Shown in pieces: positions 37,301 to 46,507 of a DNA stretch of 64,000 nucleotides. The stretch is from positions 1 through 64,000 of the IMG/VR virus record IMGVR_UViG_3300047319_001872; one strand, given 5' to 3'. The notes beneath the pieces were generated by a model that had not been told where the DNA came from, ran no database searches, and saw only the letters and a program-made list of their open reading frames with translations. Made by a program: the position numbers and the translations under genes. Each line of letters begins with the position of its first letter. Within the stretch, counting starts at the first letter, position 1.

Positions 37301-40300
37301 AGGCCGGAGAATATTTCGATGTCAAGACGGGCAAACCGGTCAAGACATGGCGGGACATTCAGGGTGCAGTGGCCGATGCCTCGGGCATTGTGATGACTGA
37401 AGAGCAGGCCTCGACCGCCTATGTGCGAGAAGGGCTCGGTAAGAAGGCCCTGAGGGGGCTGGGTGCCGGTATCAAGGTCGCCAGCAAGCTCGGTAGCTTC
37501 CTCGGTGGCAACCTCTTGGGCGGCCCTCTGGCGGGCTACAAAGCGATCGCTAAACTCGGTGAGCTGGCGATCAAAGGCGTGATGGGTTACGCCAATGGTC
37601 CGCAAGATGTCTACGTGTTCGATAAGGATCATCCGAAGCGACTGCGTAAGGCACTCGACGCGAAGACGATGCGCGCCGGTGGCTATCACTCGGCAGTCAA
37701 TGACAAACCGATCAAGAGTCCCAAAGACATTGATGGCGAAGTCTACAACTACAAGGGTGTGACGGTACTCGACGAAGAGGAATTCAAGCGCGGCCTGTAC
37801 GATAAGAACGGCAACCAGTTGAAGCACGGTATTGGTCGAATTCTGTCCGGGGCGACGAAGATTCTCGGCGGCGGCTTCGGCGCACTTAAGTGGTTGGCGG
37901 GGGGTGTGAACCAAGGCATCGGTCATGCGTTCGGTCTGGGCAAGGGCATGTTCAGCGGACTGGGTTCGCTCTTTGGCAAGACGGGGATTTTCTTTGGTGG
38001 CGGCAAGAAGCTGATGTCCGCCGTGGAAGAGATTCGTGACTTGCTCAAAGACCGGCTGCCTGCACAGCACAAAATCCGTAAGGGCTCGATCGAGGATCAG
38101 CACAAGTCGCGTAAGGAACAGCTCGAAGAGGAATGGAAGAAGCACCTGGGTCAGAGCGGTCAAGGTGAGGACGGCCAGAAGAAGGGCGGTATTCTCAGCC
38201 TGCTCAGCGGTCTGTTCAAACGCAAGAAAAAGAAGGACGATGACGAAGACGACTCCAAGGGCGGTCTGGTTGATGGGGTCGAGTCCGCAGTCGAACAAAC
38301 GATTGCTGATAAGCTCCTCGGCAAAATCCCTGGAGGCAAACTCCTGCGCAGGATTCCGGGTGTGGGGCGACTCTTCGGTAAGGGCGGCGCCAGTGCAGCA
38401 GCAGGCGCGGCTGAAAACATCGTCGGCAGTGCGGCTAAGCAAGGTCTCGGCGGCCGGATCATGGGTGGTCTGAAATGGGGCAAAGGCTTCGGTGCAGGCA
38501 TGGCGCTCACCGGCGCCTCGGCACTGGCTAATGCCACCGGGCACGATACCATTGGAAAGGGGTTGGGCTATGCAGGTGATGCTGCGACTGGGTGGTCTCT
38601 TGCTTCTGGGGCTGCTGGTCTACTCGGTGTTGAAGGTGGAGCATTGGGCCTTGCAGGCGCTGCAGGCGGGGCACTCCTTACTGGACTTGGGGCGGTGCTT
38701 GCTTCGCCTGTGCTCTTGCCTGCTCTGGGTATTGCAGCAGCTGGGGCTGCAGTGTACGGGGGCTACAAGCTCCTGACCCGGAACAAGCTCGACGATCTCT
38801 CGAAGATCCGGTACGCGCAGTACGGCTGGAAACCGGACGATGACGGCAACGTACACAAAGTGTTCGCACTGGAAAACGCCCTGATGCCGGGTGTCACGTA
38901 CGTGGGTGGTCAGGCGCAGATTGATCCGAAGAAGGTGGACATCAAGAGTGCAGTGGAAGGCCTCGGGGTGGATCTGAAGGATAAGGATCAGGTGCAGAAC
39001 TTCGCGACCTGGTACGTCCGTCGATTCAAGCCGGTGTTTATCACCCACTTGACCATCCTGAATAACGTCAAGAAGGGCACGGCTTTGTCGGATGCCAATG
39101 ACAAACTGTCAGCGGCTGAGAAGAAGACGTTCCTGCAAGGCATTCGCATGCCTGCGGACCCGTACAACTCGATGGTCTCGCCGATTCCGGGTGAGAAGCA
39201 ATTGAGTGCGGGGGCGGATGACGTGAAAGCGGTGATGGATGAAGTCCAGGCTGCCAACGATAAGGACGTCGAAAAGGATAAAGACAAGAAGACGAACGAG
39301 AAAGCAGACAAGGCCAAGGACAGCGCGAAGCACGACGCAGCCACCAAGGGCGATAACAAGCCTGAGCCGAGCTGGATGGATAATCTTAAGTCAGGTATCA
39401 GTAACGCTTGGGATAAGACCAAACAGTTTGCAGGCAATGCGTGGGATGCGACGAAGAATGTTGCCAGCTCCGTCGGCTCGGCGGCGTCTAGTCTCATCTC
39501 AGGCGCAGGCGATGCGCTGAAGTCTGGCTACCAGGCCGCGAAGGGGGCTGCGGGTAAGATTGGTGCCACGCTCACTGCTTCGGCCTCGGCGATTAAGGGT
39601 GCGTTGATTGCGGCGATGAAAACCGCAGGCATGAGTGACCCGACTGAGCAAGCGATGTTCATGGCGCAGATGGACCATGAGAGTGGTGGCTTTAAGTCAC
39701 TCTCGGAAAATCTGAACTATCGGCCCTCGGTGCTCGCGAGTCTCTTTAAGTCGCACTTTAATGGCGAAGGGGATGCTGCCAATGTGGCTGCTGGCGGTCC
39801 GCAAGCGATTGCGAATCGGATCTACGGTGGTCGCATGGGGAACACAGCGCCTGATGATGGCTGGACCTATCGGGGGCGCGGGGTCGTCCAGTTGACCGGT
39901 AAGGCCAACTACGCCAAGTACGGCAAGATGACGGGTTTGGATCTGGTGAACAATCCGGATCTCGCCTCTGACCCGGCTAATGCCGCTAAGATCGCACTGG
40001 CGTACTGGAAGGATCGGGTGTCTTCAGCGGCTGCGAAAGCAGGCGATGTGCTCTCGGTCACGAAAGCGATCAACGGTGGCACGAACGGGCTGAGCGATCG
40101 TCAGGCGAAGTTCCAGGCTTACCTCGGTCAGGCCCAGCAAGGCCAGCTCGGTGGCAAGCCGGACCCGAATGCGAAGCCGGGCGAGGCGGGTACCCAAGTT
40201 GCCTCGACGGGCAGTGCCCCGGCGACGGGTGGGGGAGATGCGACAGGTGGAGCAGCAGGCGGTATTATCAAGGTCGCGGATCAGACCCCTGGTCCGGCCC

Positions 40301-40704
40301 CGGCGCTGAAGTCCACCCCTGTGGTGAGCTCGGATGCAGCGCCCGCCGATACTGGCGCAAGCGCGGCAGTCAGTGCGCTGCCTGATTCCATCAATAGCCA
40401 AACCGCGGCTGCGATGGGGGGCTTCCAGAACCGCAGTAAGGATCTGGCGGCACAAAGCCAAGCCCAGTCGCAAGATCTGGCCAAAACACTCGGTCCGGTC
40501 TCCGATGTGCTTAAGCAATCGCTCGATGTCCAAAAGCAGATGCTAACGGCGTTGCAACAACTCGTGGGTTTCGCAGGTAAGCAAGGGAGTAATTCTCAAG
40601 CGAACGCGAAGACACCGACGGGCACGCTCTCGCCTGATGCTATGCAAAGGAAGACACCGCAGCCGATGACGTCTGCTCCGGTTTCCATGTCCAAAGTGGC
40701 TTAA
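34399..40704 (+). CDS. giant tail (tape-measure-like) protein with a C-terminal GH19 lysozyme domain (phiKZ gp181 position)
   Basis: About 2100 aa; GH19 motifs MAQMDHESGG, ENLNY, YRGRGVVQLTGKANY and INGGTNGL at about 39610-40125; hydrophobic Gly/Ala segments; GGAG SD before the ATG at 34399. Confidence 0.9.
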   Translation: MAKQQKFTLNDFQFDKNLDVPDFDFDLKPPKDNRKPVTKVGAGLKEGISMSAKNSEFIKGVIEKALPRGYGSAYDLAEKSFGSIKSLYDDTTKEIRPFMNDLKRTTARLLPKVEQAMPDKLKKQVKDWTETADAKPGTSNYDPREAEISAMLAGFAQVQSQLQYKQTTESDTKDRLREGLEQVRHRDKLNQMDALRVGITQLVDYQANVTANYHRKSLELQYRHYFVAVDALEEAKRSNAEMRLLLQSVVHNTALPEQAKLKASDTFKDMAKQQAMKLIGGTILGRGQEFLGNFTNNLKKSALRTVKGGLGHGRSGLDMLNGVLDADDMARAMGMQTDPYHAGGMVAGAFGTGIIGQWLAKKMAPHLSKMPGVKKFGNKLQYGVENIPQMLGEWARSSKGENGGITDGLVRLLKMNVKSSQKMQTGLQKDTVEGMGEPSYFSRQSAKSLNEIIPGYLARILRELQITRTGDPNVEMTHYDYTKNKFDTQSNVRKNAFKSLVKDNERKWTTDSVDSLIDEVTSKTGKTLTPEQKKILGSQLLRNNVKGRLGGEEVLGNRRRYDGEAADHADTFSDLFRSYFRNDHENERKHSFANQYNALGQYASASREKVQHFSNLGMNDFLNEAGLLNDDEDGVKLEQFFDYYYGSDFHPAAGSAAQGFRQQPGGQPGSAAAAVGPRRRRRRGNAATKGRVNRGGVHQALSQLAAGPVPSFATPGLITPSLVPTTAAPGLYSQQPSAQAGTPKYKQQLANYLQKLGVPTPQIGQLVEQTVAAMSSSAHSAVQGVAGLHAAGSQQAGGFFSNARDHAREFANRTASGARALHENAKNHIETLLEKLSEGVSSMSDGIKAIQERFADALPVMVVGNAADGSIPTGAAGTGRKVRWWNKSIKDGVKSLASGAWGGMKGAGKLGNWLVGSSFGGLFGTAKAVGGIASGIAGKVLDKARGFKDVYSEETGPRKVLLYGARLKAGEYFDVKTGKPVKTWRDIQGAVADASGIVMTEEQASTAYVREGLGKKALRGLGAGIKVASKLGSFLGGNLLGGPLAGYKAIAKLGELAIKGVMGYANGPQDVYVFDKDHPKRLRKALDAKTMRAGGYHSAVNDKPIKSPKDIDGEVYNYKGVTVLDEEEFKRGLYDKNGNQLKHGIGRILSGATKILGGGFGALKWLAGGVNQGIGHAFGLGKGMFSGLGSLFGKTGIFFGGGKKLMSAVEEIRDLLKDRLPAQHKIRKGSIEDQHKSRKEQLEEEWKKHLGQSGQGEDGQKKGGILSLLSGLFKRKKKKDDDEDDSKGGLVDGVESAVEQTIADKLLGKIPGGKLLRRIPGVGRLFGKGGASAAAGAAENIVGSAAKQGLGGRIMGGLKWGKGFGAGMALTGASALANATGHDTIGKGLGYAGDAATGWSLASGAAGLLGVEGGALGLAGAAGGALLTGLGAVLASPVLLPALGIAAAGAAVYGGYKLLTRNKLDDLSKIRYAQYGWKPDDDGNVHKVFALENALMPGVTYVGGQAQIDPKKVDIKSAVEGLGVDLKDKDQVQNFATWYVRRFKPVFITHLTILNNVKKGTALSDANDKLSAAEKKTFLQGIRMPADPYNSMVSPIPGEKQLSAGADDVKAVMDEVQAANDKDVEKDKDKKTNEKADKAKDSAKHDAATKGDNKPEPSWMDNLKSGISNAWDKTKQFAGNAWDATKNVASSVGSAASSLISGAGDALKSGYQAAKGAAGKIGATLTASASAIKGALIAAMKTAGMSDPTEQAMFMAQMDHESGGFKSLSENLNYRPSVLASLFKSHFNGEGDAANVAAGGPQAIANRIYGGRMGNTAPDDGWTYRGRGVVQLTGKANYAKYGKMTGLDLVNNPDLASDPANAAKIALAYWKDRVSSAAAKAGDVLSVTKAINGGTNGLSDRQAKFQAYLGQAQQGQLGGKPDPNAKPGEAGTQVASTGSAPATGGGDATGGAAGGIIKVADQTPGPAPALKSTPVVSSDAAPADTGASAAVSALPDSINSQTAAAMGGFQNRSKDLAAQSQAQSQDLAKTLGPVSDVLKQSLDVQKQMLTALQQLVGFAGKQGSNSQANAKTPTGTLSPDAMQRKTPQPMTSAPVSMSKVA

Positions 40705-40707
40705 CAC

Positions 40708-40735
40708 GAGGGGAGCTTCGGCTCCCCTCTTTATT
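40708..40735 (+). terminator. GC hairpin followed by TTTATTTCG
   Basis: GAGGGGAGC-TTCG-GCTCCCCTC. Confidence 0.6.
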
Positions 40736-40749
40736 TCGTAGGAGCAGCC

Positions 40750-42861
40750 GTGGCTTCAACAGTCTCGCTGAACAATCTTGAAAAAGACGCGTCCTGGGTG
40801 CGGCAGTCTTTTCTGGTGAACCTGTCTCACCTGCAGCCGGTGGATCAGCAAAACCGGATCTTCACACCGGTGAGTCTGGACTTTCAGGACACCCGTCCGG
40901 GTGGGAGTTTGTGTATCAATCCGCCCCCGCAGTTTACCCGCAACGCGGATCTGAAACCACGCGCGCCGAATGGGAGTTGGAACCCCAACCAGGTCAATCG
41001 GGCTGGGAATACCGGCTATGGTCGCTACTACGGGGAAGCGATCGCGGCGAACTCACAGATCATCAATATCCGCTGTGGCTTGCCTTCGTTCAATTCACTG
41101 ACGACCTTCTTCACCGGCTTCTATAACACCAGTGCCGGTACGCTGGCGCGTACCGGTCGCGCACCGTCGGCGTTTTATGAGCTGGGGCGTGCCGCTGGTT
41201 TTGTGGTCTCGATCCTGTCATGGAAGTTGCTGGCAGTCACGCTCCTCGGTAACGCGGCGCGCTTCTTTCTGCAAAAGCCCTCGAGTAAGTTCTACTACTC
41301 GAAGCCCGCCATGCCGCTTTACTGGAATGCGGTGACCACCATCGTCAACCAGATTGCAGTGAACATGGGGATTGTGCCGCGCATTGGCGGCACTTCGATG
41401 GCCCAGCAGTTGGGCGAAGGCTATCAGTTCGACGCCAAGGCCCAGACGCAACTGCATCAGCTCTTGCCCGACATCATCAACGAAGGCGGTTCGATTAACG
41501 TCTACGCGATGGCTAACCGGGCGCAACGTCTGGCCACCCTGCATCAGAACAACCTGAAGCAGGCGTTTAATACCGATAACCTCGATCTGACGAGCGCAGT
41601 GCAGAAGGCGTATAGCCAGTCGCTGAAAGATAACGGCGGCACAGGCTGGAGTGATTACCTGAAGAAATGGCTGGGCTCCTCTCAGGCCATCCCCCAAGCG
41701 GCGGGTAACGGCGGCGAGAGTTCGACCACGGAGTCGCTCAATAACGACGACACGGGGACGACTGCGCCCAATCAGGCCTACGATGCGGGCTTCTTTGATT
41801 TTCTCGGTGCAGAGATCAATGACGGGTCGGCTTTTGTCGGCTTCCGGGTCAACGCAACCGGGCCGGTGGGTGAGTCGTTTTCCAGCCAAGCCCAGGAATC
41901 AGAAATTGCGCAGAAGATCAATAGCATCTCCTCCCAGGCGCGATCGGCGGAGTTTGATCTGGCCAATGGTAATCTGGGCGGCGGTGCCATCGGTAGCATG
42001 GTCACCAGTGCCTTCGGGGCCGTGGGGAATTTCATCAAGGGCGGGCTGGACTCCCTACACTTGTCCGGCTTGGCAGCCCTGGGCGGGGCCGCGTTCGTGG
42101 ACATCCCGCGTTCCTGGCAGTCCTCGGCTGCGTCCTTGCCGCGGATGAGCTACACCATCAACCTGGTGAGCCCGTACGGTAATCGCGTCTCGCAGCTACT
42201 GAATCTGTACGTGCCGCTCGCGATGCTGTTGGCGATGACCTTGCCGATTGCGACGGGTAAGCAGTCGTACACCAGTCCGTTCCTGTGCGAGATCTTTGAC
42301 CGGGGTCGCTGCCAGTCGCGTTTGTCCATGGTGGAGAGCTTGTCCATTACCCGCGGTACGGGTAACACGGGCTTTAACAACAAGGGCCACGCGATGGGCA
42401 TTGAAGTGAGCATTACGTTCATGGACATGTCCACCGTGCTGGCGATGCCGATCAGTCAGGGTTTCTCCTCCAATGCCACAGCAGCAGGCAGTGAACTGGG
42501 CGCGGTCGCAGGAGGCGTGGTGGGTGCAGGCGGTGGTCCGCTGACTGCGATCGGAGGTGCAGCACTCGGCGGAGCAATTGGTGGCGCGCTCGGCGCAGGT
42601 GCCGATGCCTTGAACAATGCCGCGCAAACCATCGGCTCGATCTTCGACGATGACAATACCTTCACGGATTACATGGCAGTGTTGTCAGGCATGGGTCTCA
42701 CGGACCAGATTTACTCGATGAACAAGTTCAAGCTTAACTTGACGCGCGCCATGACAAGCTGGAAGACCTGGTATAGCACGGCGCACTTTGCCAGCTTTGC
42801 CGGGGATACCCTGCCGGGCAGTTTAGTCTCCGCGATCTTTGGTCGCACCGTCCGTAACTAA
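40750..42861 (+). CDS. virion structural/baseplate protein (phiKZ gp182-like)
   Basis: 703 aa after the tail lysin; C-terminal glycine-zipper segment; GGAG SD before GTG. Confidence 0.75.
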   Translation: MASTVSLNNLEKDASWVRQSFLVNLSHLQPVDQQNRIFTPVSLDFQDTRPGGSLCINPPPQFTRNADLKPRAPNGSWNPNQVNRAGNTGYGRYYGEAIAANSQIINIRCGLPSFNSLTTFFTGFYNTSAGTLARTGRAPSAFYELGRAAGFVVSILSWKLLAVTLLGNAARFFLQKPSSKFYYSKPAMPLYWNAVTTIVNQIAVNMGIVPRIGGTSMAQQLGEGYQFDAKAQTQLHQLLPDIINEGGSINVYAMANRAQRLATLHQNNLKQAFNTDNLDLTSAVQKAYSQSLKDNGGTGWSDYLKKWLGSSQAIPQAAGNGGESSTTESLNNDDTGTTAPNQAYDAGFFDFLGAEINDGSAFVGFRVNATGPVGESFSSQAQESEIAQKINSISSQARSAEFDLANGNLGGGAIGSMVTSAFGAVGNFIKGGLDSLHLSGLAALGGAAFVDIPRSWQSSAASLPRMSYTINLVSPYGNRVSQLLNLYVPLAMLLAMTLPIATGKQSYTSPFLCEIFDRGRCQSRLSMVESLSITRGTGNTGFNNKGHAMGIEVSITFMDMSTVLAMPISQGFSSNATAAGSELGAVAGGVVGAGGGPLTAIGGAALGGAIGGALGAGADALNNAAQTIGSIFDDDNTFTDYMAVLSGMGLTDQIYSMNKFKLNLTRAMTSWKTWYSTAHFASFAGDTLPGSLVSAIFGRTVRN

Positions 42862-42865
42862 TCGA

Positions 42866-42903
42866 CGGCATAGAGGCCAGGGGAAACCCTGGCCCTTATG
42901 ACG
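42866..42903. terminator. bidirectional hairpin element at a convergent junction
   Basis: CGGCATA...GGCCAGGG-GAAA-CCCTGGCC...TATGACG. Confidence 0.72.
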
Positions 42904-42934
42904 TTAAAACGGACGTTGAAATGCGCCGCGCCGC

Positions 42935-44461
42935 TTAGTCGAACGTAATGCCCTTGGATACATAGCCTTGACCCGTATCCTTGTTCGTGTAGACGCCACC
43001 AATCTGCCAGTGACCGTCCGGCCAGATGTAGTAGCCGTTCTGGTTCTTCACGCCCGGATCGCTCAGGTCGTAAGCGCCGCCCGTCTGCGGGTTGATCGTC
43101 TTCGGGTCCGGTGCCGGGTTGACCGTTTGTCCGGTATTGGGCGAGACATTCGAATAGCCCGTCGGTACCGTGATCGCTTGGGCACCCGAAGCCAATGCCA
43201 GCGGATCTTGCGTGGAAGCCGATTGACTGTTGCCCTCAAACACGGTCATCGGAAACTGTGAGGCCAGTTTGTCCGCCACGGTGGATTGCTGTACCACCCC
43301 TGCCAACGCCATCACGTTATTGGTGCGATCCGTGGTACTGGTCACGCCCTGCTGGATCACCTTCTTAAAGTCATCCGAGCCATTGGTAATCGCATTCAGA
43401 TTAAACGCCGGATCGTTTTGTGTCAGGTCATTACCGTCGGCATCGGTAATGGTGGTTTCCCGATTGAGCGTTGCCCAGTCCGGATCAACGGTGCTATACG
43501 CGCTGGTCAGATTACTAAAGCAGTCCGCGTAATCCACCTGATTCGTATTGGACGAGGGCGGGGGCAGATAGTACGACGAACTGAAGTCCGCCAGGATGTT
43601 CGGGTTGTAGGCGTACGCGCCGCGCGCCCCCAGGCTTGCTCCAATCGACATCAGGCTGTGCACGTCCCCGCTGGCAATCACCGAAGGCAGCACCCTCGCC
43701 GTAATCTGCGCGAGCATGCCGCGATCCGAGATCGCTGCGGTCAGTGAACCGAATGAATTCGGAATCCCATAGCCGCACGAGGTTTGAATCAGCCCCGCAT
43801 ACAGACCGACCTTTACCCCAACGTCGTTGATATTGAAGTTCGCACTGATGCCCAGCGAGTTAATGCATTCCCCGAGCGCCTGCATGCCGCCCGCATACGC
43901 TTGGTCCACTTGTTGCATCACGCCACCGAGCTCGGCGTAGATCTGCGTACCTACTTGACCCACGGCCTGACCCACGGCACCTTGGGCTGCCCCAATTCCT
44001 GCATTGATGGAACCGGCGATATTATCCAGTCCTGCTAGGCCAAGCGCGTTCAGTGCGCCTTTGGTGACCAGCGACGCACCGAGGATGCGCGCCATGATGT
44101 CACCCTTTTGCAGCATGGTGACCCCGCGCTGAATCTGACCCGCGACGCGCAGACCCGTGCGCAAGCCTGCTATCACCGCCCCGGCTTCCTGGGCGATAAA
44201 CTTACCCCCGCGCAAGACGTCGGAGATAGAGAAGTCAAACTTCTGAAACAGATTCTGGACGTCCGTGATGATGGCATTGCCACCCGGTGGATTGTAGACG
44301 TCGGCGGTAGCGAGCTTATTATCAGCGGAGCCGACCCAGGCATTTTGCGCCAGCGCTGCTTGCTGCGCAGACATTGCACCATTGACACCCGTCAGTGCCG
44401 TGCTGGTGCTCGCGGCCACAGCGTTAGTAGCGCTCTGAACCGCATCGGTAATAGACGGCAT
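42935..44461 (-). CDS. putative virion structural protein
   Basis: Start moved to the ATG at 44461 (GAGGA SD); Ala/Gly/Asn-rich composition. Confidence 0.72.
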   Translation of the reverse strand: MPSITDAVQSATNAVAASTSTALTGVNGAMSAQQAALAQNAWVGSADNKLATADVYNPPGGNAIITDVQNLFQKFDFSISDVLRGGKFIAQEAGAVIAGLRTGLRVAGQIQRGVTMLQKGDIMARILGASLVTKGALNALGLAGLDNIAGSINAGIGAAQGAVGQAVGQVGTQIYAELGGVMQQVDQAYAGGMQALGECINSLGISANFNINDVGVKVGLYAGLIQTSCGYGIPNSFGSLTAAISDRGMLAQITARVLPSVIASGDVHSLMSIGASLGARGAYAYNPNILADFSSSYYLPPPSSNTNQVDYADCFSNLTSAYSTVDPDWATLNRETTITDADGNDLTQNDPAFNLNAITNGSDDFKKVIQQGVTSTTDRTNNVMALAGVVQQSTVADKLASQFPMTVFEGNSQSASTQDPLALASGAQAITVPTGYSNVSPNTGQTVNPAPDPKTINPQTGGAYDLSDPGVKNQNGYYIWPDGHWQIGGVYTNKDTGQGYVSKGITFD

Positions 44462-44492
44462 GTTGGTCCTCGAAACAAAAAAAAAGAAGAAG

Positions 44493-44519
44493 GGGCATAG
44501 GGGAGGCCGAAGCCTCCCC
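44493..44519 (-). terminator. GC hairpin followed by TATGCCC and a T-rich run on the minus strand
   Basis: Minus strand GGGGAGGC-TTCG-GCCTCCCC-TATGCCC then CTTCTTCTTTTTTTTT. Confidence 0.7.
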
Positions 44520-44541
44520 GAGCGATACAACGCGAACTGCG

Positions 44542-45276
44542 TTAGTGCCCGTTCCGTTCCGGATTGGGATTGAACACGTCGCTGTAGTCGGGTTTATCCG
44601 GACGACGCCCTTCCTTCATCATCGTACGAATGCTCTCCATGCCGCGGGTAAACCAGGGAGCAATCTGAGGACGAATCGGAAAACCGGGGTCGTTGGCGTT
44701 GGCTTCCTTACCACGAAAGATGTAGTAGTGATCGAACGGCAACTCGGACGCCACAAACAGCGCTTTGAGGTGGTCATTCTGTTCGATCTTGAAGTAGTTC
44801 GCCTCCATAATGATCTGGTGAAAATTGGCGATCCAGCGCACCCCCAAGTTACGCGTCTCGCGCTTGGCGGTCATGCCGGAGACGTAACGCCAGCGATCAT
44901 CGCGCGTCGTATCACGCACATAGCCCCAGAATCCCTCGACTGAGCGAAAGCGCCCGAACTGCGGGTGCTCGAACTTTGACGCGAACTGATGCACCAGCAT
45001 CCGTCCTAGTTCAGTCTGGGCAAACGCATCGATGTTAATGTGCGTCTTACCGTCTTCCAGAACGAGCGGATGCACCGGCACCTGCACTTCCTCGGTTACT
45101 GCTTGCATGACATTCTCCGCGGGTTTGGCTCCCGTCCTTGTATTGTCTTGTGCGTTTGCCCCAGTGTCTGACTGCTCCTGGGACGCCTCTCTGCGGCGTT
45201 CATCACTAATGTTCGGGAAACGCACTCTTCCCTTGCGTTCACGATCACTGAACATTCCTTCTATCCTCGCGCTCAA
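44542..45276 (-). CDS. conserved jumbo-phage protein (HINI...TELGR...F.HP.FG.F.SVEG.W motif; loosely NADAR-like)
   Basis: Motif recalled from large-phage proteins; function unverified. Confidence 0.6.
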   Translation of the reverse strand: MSARIEGMFSDRERKGRVRFPNISDERRREASQEQSDTGANAQDNTRTGAKPAENVMQAVTEEVQVPVHPLVLEDGKTHINIDAFAQTELGRMLVHQFASKFEHPQFGRFRSVEGFWGYVRDTTRDDRWRYVSGMTAKRETRNLGVRWIANFHQIIMEANYFKIEQNDHLKALFVASELPFDHYYIFRGKEANANDPGFPIRPQIAPWFTRGMESIRTMMKEGRRPDKPDYSDVFNPNPERNGH

Positions 45277-45318
45277 TTAGTTCAACCCGAGCTGACCGCA
45301 CTCGGGAACGAAGATGGC

Positions 45319-45744
45319 TCATTCGTCTCCCTTAGGTGTGTTGTCAGTCAAAGTCTGAGTAGGCACCGTGCGGTCGCCCAGATTCACATCTGTGCTAAAC
45401 GCAATTTCACGCCCGTGTTTATCGCGCGCGATGATGCACACCTCGAAGTGAACAAACTGCATGAACATCATGGCCTTGCAGAACACCTTCCACGTCATCT
45501 GCGGCCGGGCGAATTCCTTCGTCAAATTCCCCCGCATGCTGGTCTGATCTTTACGCGTATTGGGCACGCCATTACGCGGATCGTTCAGGAACGCATGCAT
45601 TAGGATGTTCCACCGGTTCTCATTGACGTTCATGGTCAGCAAGAGCTTCCGGAAGAGGCGAGAGAGCACCCCGTTCGGACCGTATGTGCCGCCTACGTCC
45701 TTGTCGGTTTTGGCGAGGATGTTCGCCATCTGATTCTTTGCCAT
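45319..45744 (-). CDS. conserved hypothetical protein
   Basis: GAGGT SD before the ATG at 45744. Confidence 0.7.
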   Translation of the reverse strand: MAKNQMANILAKTDKDVGGTYGPNGVLSRLFRKLLLTMNVNENRWNILMHAFLNDPRNGVPNTRKDQTSMRGNLTKEFARPQMTWKVFCKAMMFMQFVHFEVCIIARDKHGREIAFSTDVNLGDRTVPTQTLTDNTPKGDE

Positions 45745-45794
45745 TTGTACCTCGCGTTTCAATTGTAAATCGCTATTAAGTCCTGCGCCTTGTT

Positions 45795-46355
45795 TTACTT
45801 CTTGCCCTGCTCGAGCCCCACCTCCACCAACGCGGTGCTCAGTTCCCGCAACTGCACAAAGAGTCGTGACAGCATACGAAAGTTGTGCTCGTGGATGCCA
45901 TGCGTGGCGGTGTCTGATTCGTGCATCAGCTCACACAGCCGCAGGCCCGCTACCTTAAACTTGTGCACGCTTTGTGCCACATCCAAGTAGTAGCCTCCAC
46001 TCGCGATAAAGAGCCGGTCAAACTGCACCAGCACTTCATCGGGTTTCATCCAGCCAGGCGGTATTGGCGTTTCCTTCAATACCATCGCCGAGGTATCTAG
46101 GAGGCGTTTAGTGAACGCCTCCAGATTGGCGATGTCTTCACCTAGCTTCACCTGCTTGGCATAGTACGGCTGATAGCCAATGTACTTGTCCGGCTCCAGC
46201 AGGGTCAAAATTTCTTCGCAGCTCTTGCGATGCGGCTTCTTCTCCGGAATCTCCTTGAGCCGTATTTTCAGTGCTTCGTATTGCGCGCGCGTATTATGGT
46301 CACGCAGCCCCTGGCTGACCCGCATCACCCAGTTCTTCCAGCGATCAACGAACAT
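45795..46355 (-). CDS. hypothetical protein (186 aa)
   Basis: ORF track; GAGGG SD. Confidence 0.7.
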   Translation of the reverse strand: MFVDRWKNWVMRVSQGLRDHNTRAQYEALKIRLKEIPEKKPHRKSCEEILTLLEPDKYIGYQPYYAKQVKLGEDIANLEAFTKRLLDTSAMVLKETPIPPGWMKPDEVLVQFDRLFIASGGYYLDVAQSVHKFKVAGLRLCELMHESDTATHGIHEHNFRMLSRLFVQLRELSTALVEVGLEQGKK

Positions 46356-46468
46356 AACGCCCTCTTTGTAAATTCGCCTATTTACGGTGCCTTTTGACCG
46401 ATACTATGACTCCAGCCCCCGATCGAGCATAGGGGCATTGGATAAGGACACCTTGTTACTTATCTCTA

Positions 46469-46483
46469 GTTAGTAATATATCG
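46469..46483 (-). promoter_or_regulatory. candidate early promoter CGATATATTACTAAC
   Basis: Contains TATATTAC (phiKZ early consensus) on the minus strand; twin of 24763-24777. Confidence 0.6.
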
Positions 46484-46507
46484 CTGAAACCGTTTAGGAA
46501 TACGACC

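Noticed and set aside
2703-46385. AAATA-n-TTAC middle-promoter-like motifs on the minus strand (about 2703, 24720, 45763, 46366)
   Set aside because: The spacing varies from 5 to 11 nt, so a single motif cannot be supported by eye.
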